Shown here in pieces: positions 60,003-61,849 of a stretch of DNA of 61,849 nucleotides. Both the position numbers and the translations under genes were made by a program. Location: positions 1 through 61,849 of the forward strand of contig CAZSDJ010000003.1 in the NCBI GenBank assembly GCA_964605645.1, read 5' to 3'. The notes below the pieces were generated by a model that saw only the letters and a program-made list of their open reading frames with translations, made no database searches and had not been told where the DNA came from. Position 1 is the first letter of the stretch; each line of letters starts with the position of its first letter. Source of the DNA: an uncultured Planctomycetia bacterium. Its GTDB lineage: Bacteria; Omnitrophota; Gorgyraeia; Duberdicusellales; 4484-171.

Positions 60003-60935
60003 ATGAATAAAAGACCGGTATTTATTGTCGGCCTTTCACGTTCGGGCACCACCCTGTTGGCTAATATACTAAACAGGCATCCAAGGATAGCAATATATCC
60101 AGAAACCCACTTTTTCTCCTCTGTTTGGGCCTGCCGCAAAACCCCTTTTTTAAAGAGGGAAAAAGATGTTGATGAGGCGATAGGGAGAGTCGGAAATTTA
60201 AAAAACACAGGCATACGGGCCGAAGATATAAAGGCCAGGTTTTTTAATACAGACAAGAGCCTTTTGCGCCTGTTCGATATAGTTTTAGCCCTGTATAGGG
60301 AAAAACAAGGAAAGGCCAGGCCGGGCGAAAAAACACCCGGCCACTTCCTTTACCTGCCGTTACTACTCAAGCTGTATCCGGATGCGAAGGTACTATGCAT
60401 ATACCGCGACCCCAGAAATACCTATAGCTCGTTTAAACACAGGCCCGAATTTAAGAAATTAAGCCCCATTGATAGGTGTTTAATCGGAAGGTCTTTGTTA
60501 TGGAACCTCTGCCTTAGGCGGGTATCGGAATACAGGCGAAAAGAACATGCCGGCTGGTTCAAGGCTGTAAAATTCGAAGAGCTTATTACAAGGCCGCAGG
60601 AAGTTGCAAAATCAATCTGTGGATTCTTAAATGAACCCTACTGCCAACGGATGCTTTATGTAAAACATACAAATAGTAGTTTTACCGCTTCGCAAAAATT
60701 CGGTATGAGCAAAAAACCGCTTGACAGGACCGGGCATTTAGCCAGAATGGAGATATTTTTCATTGAACTTATCTGCGGAGGGTATATGCTGGAGGAGTAT
60801 AATTCTTTTTTAGTGGTTTCTGTGTCGCTGTTGCGGTTTTTTAAAAAAATGAAACTTTATCTATTATTGGAAGGAATTCATATATCCTGGCGGAAAATAA
60901 GGATGTTGTGGGGATTGCTGCGGGAAAAATTATAA
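60003..60935 (+). CDS. sulfotransferase family protein
   Basis: 310 aa. PAPS loop FIVGLSRSGTTLLANIL and IYRDPRNTYSS. Confidence 0.72.
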   Translation: MNKRPVFIVGLSRSGTTLLANILNRHPRIAIYPETHFFSSVWACRKTPFLKREKDVDEAIGRVGNLKNTGIRAEDIKARFFNTDKSLLRLFDIVLALYREKQGKARPGEKTPGHFLYLPLLLKLYPDAKVLCIYRDPRNTYSSFKHRPEFKKLSPIDRCLIGRSLLWNLCLRRVSEYRRKEHAGWFKAVKFEELITRPQEVAKSICGFLNEPYCQRMLYVKHTNSSFTASQKFGMSKKPLDRTGHLARMEIFFIELICGGYMLEEYNSFLVVSVSLLRFFKKMKLYLLLEGIHISWRKIRMLWGLLREKL

Positions 60936-60942
60936 GAGGGGT

Positions 60943-61699
60943 AAAAGGGGACAGCGCCCTTTTATATTGCATAAATATCCAACTTTTGTTATTATGTTTC
61001 TATGCCGCGTAGAGCACGAATAGCAGCAATCGATTATCCCCATCACATTACCCAGAGAGGCAATTTCCAGCAGAATATTTTCAAGAATGATATAGATAGA
61101 AAAAACTACCTCGCCTGGATAGGGGAGTATAGCTATAAATACGGCCTCACCATGCTATGTTATTGTTTAATGCCGAATCATGTGCACTTTATTGCGATTC
61201 CTCATAAAGAAGATTCGCTTGCCAGAACCTTCAATACGGCACACATGCGTTATTCTCAGTATATGAATAAAAAAATGCAAAGAAATGGCCATCTTTGGCA
61301 GGGACGATTTTTTTCATGCGTATTAGATGAAACACACTTAACGATGGCTGCTCGTTATGTCGAACGGAATCCTGTACGGGCAAAATTAGTGAATAAGCCG
61401 TGCCAATGGCAATGGTCAAGCGCTCGGGAACATACAAACAAGAGAAAACCGTTAATTCCCCTCGGAGGCCTTTTTAGTTTTATCGAAATAAACTCTGCTG
61501 AATGGGAAGAGTATATTGAAACCAAGGAAGAAAGCGAAACTATAAATACTATAAAAAAACACACGTTTGTTGGAAGACCTTTAGGAAATGATCATTTTAT
61601 AGAAAAGTTAAGCAAAAAAATAGGACGAAAGATACCTATGCTTACGAGGGGTAGGCCCAAGAATAAGACGAATAAATAAAAAGGGCGCTGTCCCCTTTT
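60943..61699 (+). mobile_element. RAYT-like unit 5: inverted repeat, promoter, Y1 gene, inverted repeat
   Basis: AAAAGGGGACAGCGCCCTTTT (60943-60964) and the inverted AAAAGGGCGCTGTCCCCTTTT (61678-61699). TTGCAT-17-TATTAT lies before the ATG. Confidence 0.6.
61002..61679 (+). CDS. REP-associated tyrosine transposase-like protein (Y1_Tnp superfamily)
   Basis: 225 aa. YPHHITQRGNFQQ, HUH NHVHFIA, YVERNPVRA. Confidence 0.8.
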   Translation: MPRRARIAAIDYPHHITQRGNFQQNIFKNDIDRKNYLAWIGEYSYKYGLTMLCYCLMPNHVHFIAIPHKEDSLARTFNTAHMRYSQYMNKKMQRNGHLWQGRFFSCVLDETHLTMAARYVERNPVRAKLVNKPCQWQWSSAREHTNKRKPLIPLGGLFSFIEINSAEWEEYIETKEESETINTIKKHTFVGRPLGNDHFIEKLSKKIGRKIPMLTRGRPKNKTNK

Positions 61700-61743
61700 A
61701 TTTATATTCACAAAACGCTTATGATTTTAAAAGTGAAAACGAT

Positions 61744-61849
61744 ATGATATTAAAAGCAGTAGATAAAGTAAATGCTTATGCCAAGGGCAGGGGAGTGTAT
61801 GTTATCGACCGGGGCGGAGACCGAAAAAAGCTAATAAAACCAATGCTTT
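61744..61849 (+). CDS. partial ORF running off the window end, function unknown (VIDRGGD faintly resembles the first-Asp region of DDE transposases)
   Basis: My translation is MILKAVDKVNAYAKGRGVYVIDRGGDRKKLIKPML. Only 35 codons are visible. Confidence 0.2.
   Translation, partial: MILKAVDKVNAYAKGRGVYVIDRGGDRKKLIKPML

Noticed and set aside
61744-61849. DDE transposase at the window end
   Set aside because: Only 35 codons are visible and the VIDRGGD resemblance is weak. It is kept as an unknown partial ORF at low confidence and not called as a mobile element.

Overview
AT-rich bacterial chromosomal window (about 30-35% GC by eye, with GC-richer islands) that appears to span the replication origin. 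Every gene from 1 to 25290 is on the minus strand: V-type ATPase B (partial), A, DUF2764 and E; pyrF-pyrD-pyrK; a pabB-pabC fusion; mutM; yjbQ; a dut/dcd-like gene; a LOG/TIGR00725-like gene; pyrC-pyrB-pyrR; rsmI; glmS; gyrA; gyrB; DUF721; dnaN; dnaA. Every gene from 25414 onward is on the plus strand: rpmH, yidD, yidC, two parS-like palindromes, parA, parB, ndk, yicC, gmk, rpoZ, a tRNA cluster (Cys, Leu, Val, Asp), a UpxY-like NusG paralog, and a mosaic polysaccharide locus of about 24 kb. That locus holds 9 GT2/GT4/GT26 glycosyltransferases, 2 sulfotransferases, a pyruvyl transferase, a methyltransferase, a radical SAM/SPASM gene, 2 initiating sugar transferases, and both an MsbA-like and a Wzm/Wzt exporter. 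The accessory signal is dominated by five mutually divergent RAYT-like Y1/HUH transposase genes. Each sits in its own unit of inverted repeat, promoter, gene, inverted repeat, and two of them carry a DnaA-domain-IV-like C-terminal HTH. Around them are tandemly duplicated element ends, scattered end fragments that have rewritten neighbouring gene termini, and an AbiEi/AbiEii toxin-antitoxin pair carried on an inserted block. Other unexplained structures are a tRNA-Asp 5-prime-half pseudo-copy interrupted by GC-rich hairpins next to a GIY-YIG gene; duplicated tRNA-Glu and tRNA-Leu termini adjoining a shared hairpin module with compensatory base changes; a 140-bp element with terminal inverted repeats in two copies; in-frame and heptanucleotide repeats inside pyrK; an rpmH-yidD junction without rnpA; and a radical SAM gene broken by one in-frame TGA. 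No CRISPR array or rRNA was seen. All family assignments come from reading the translations by eye and no database search was run.
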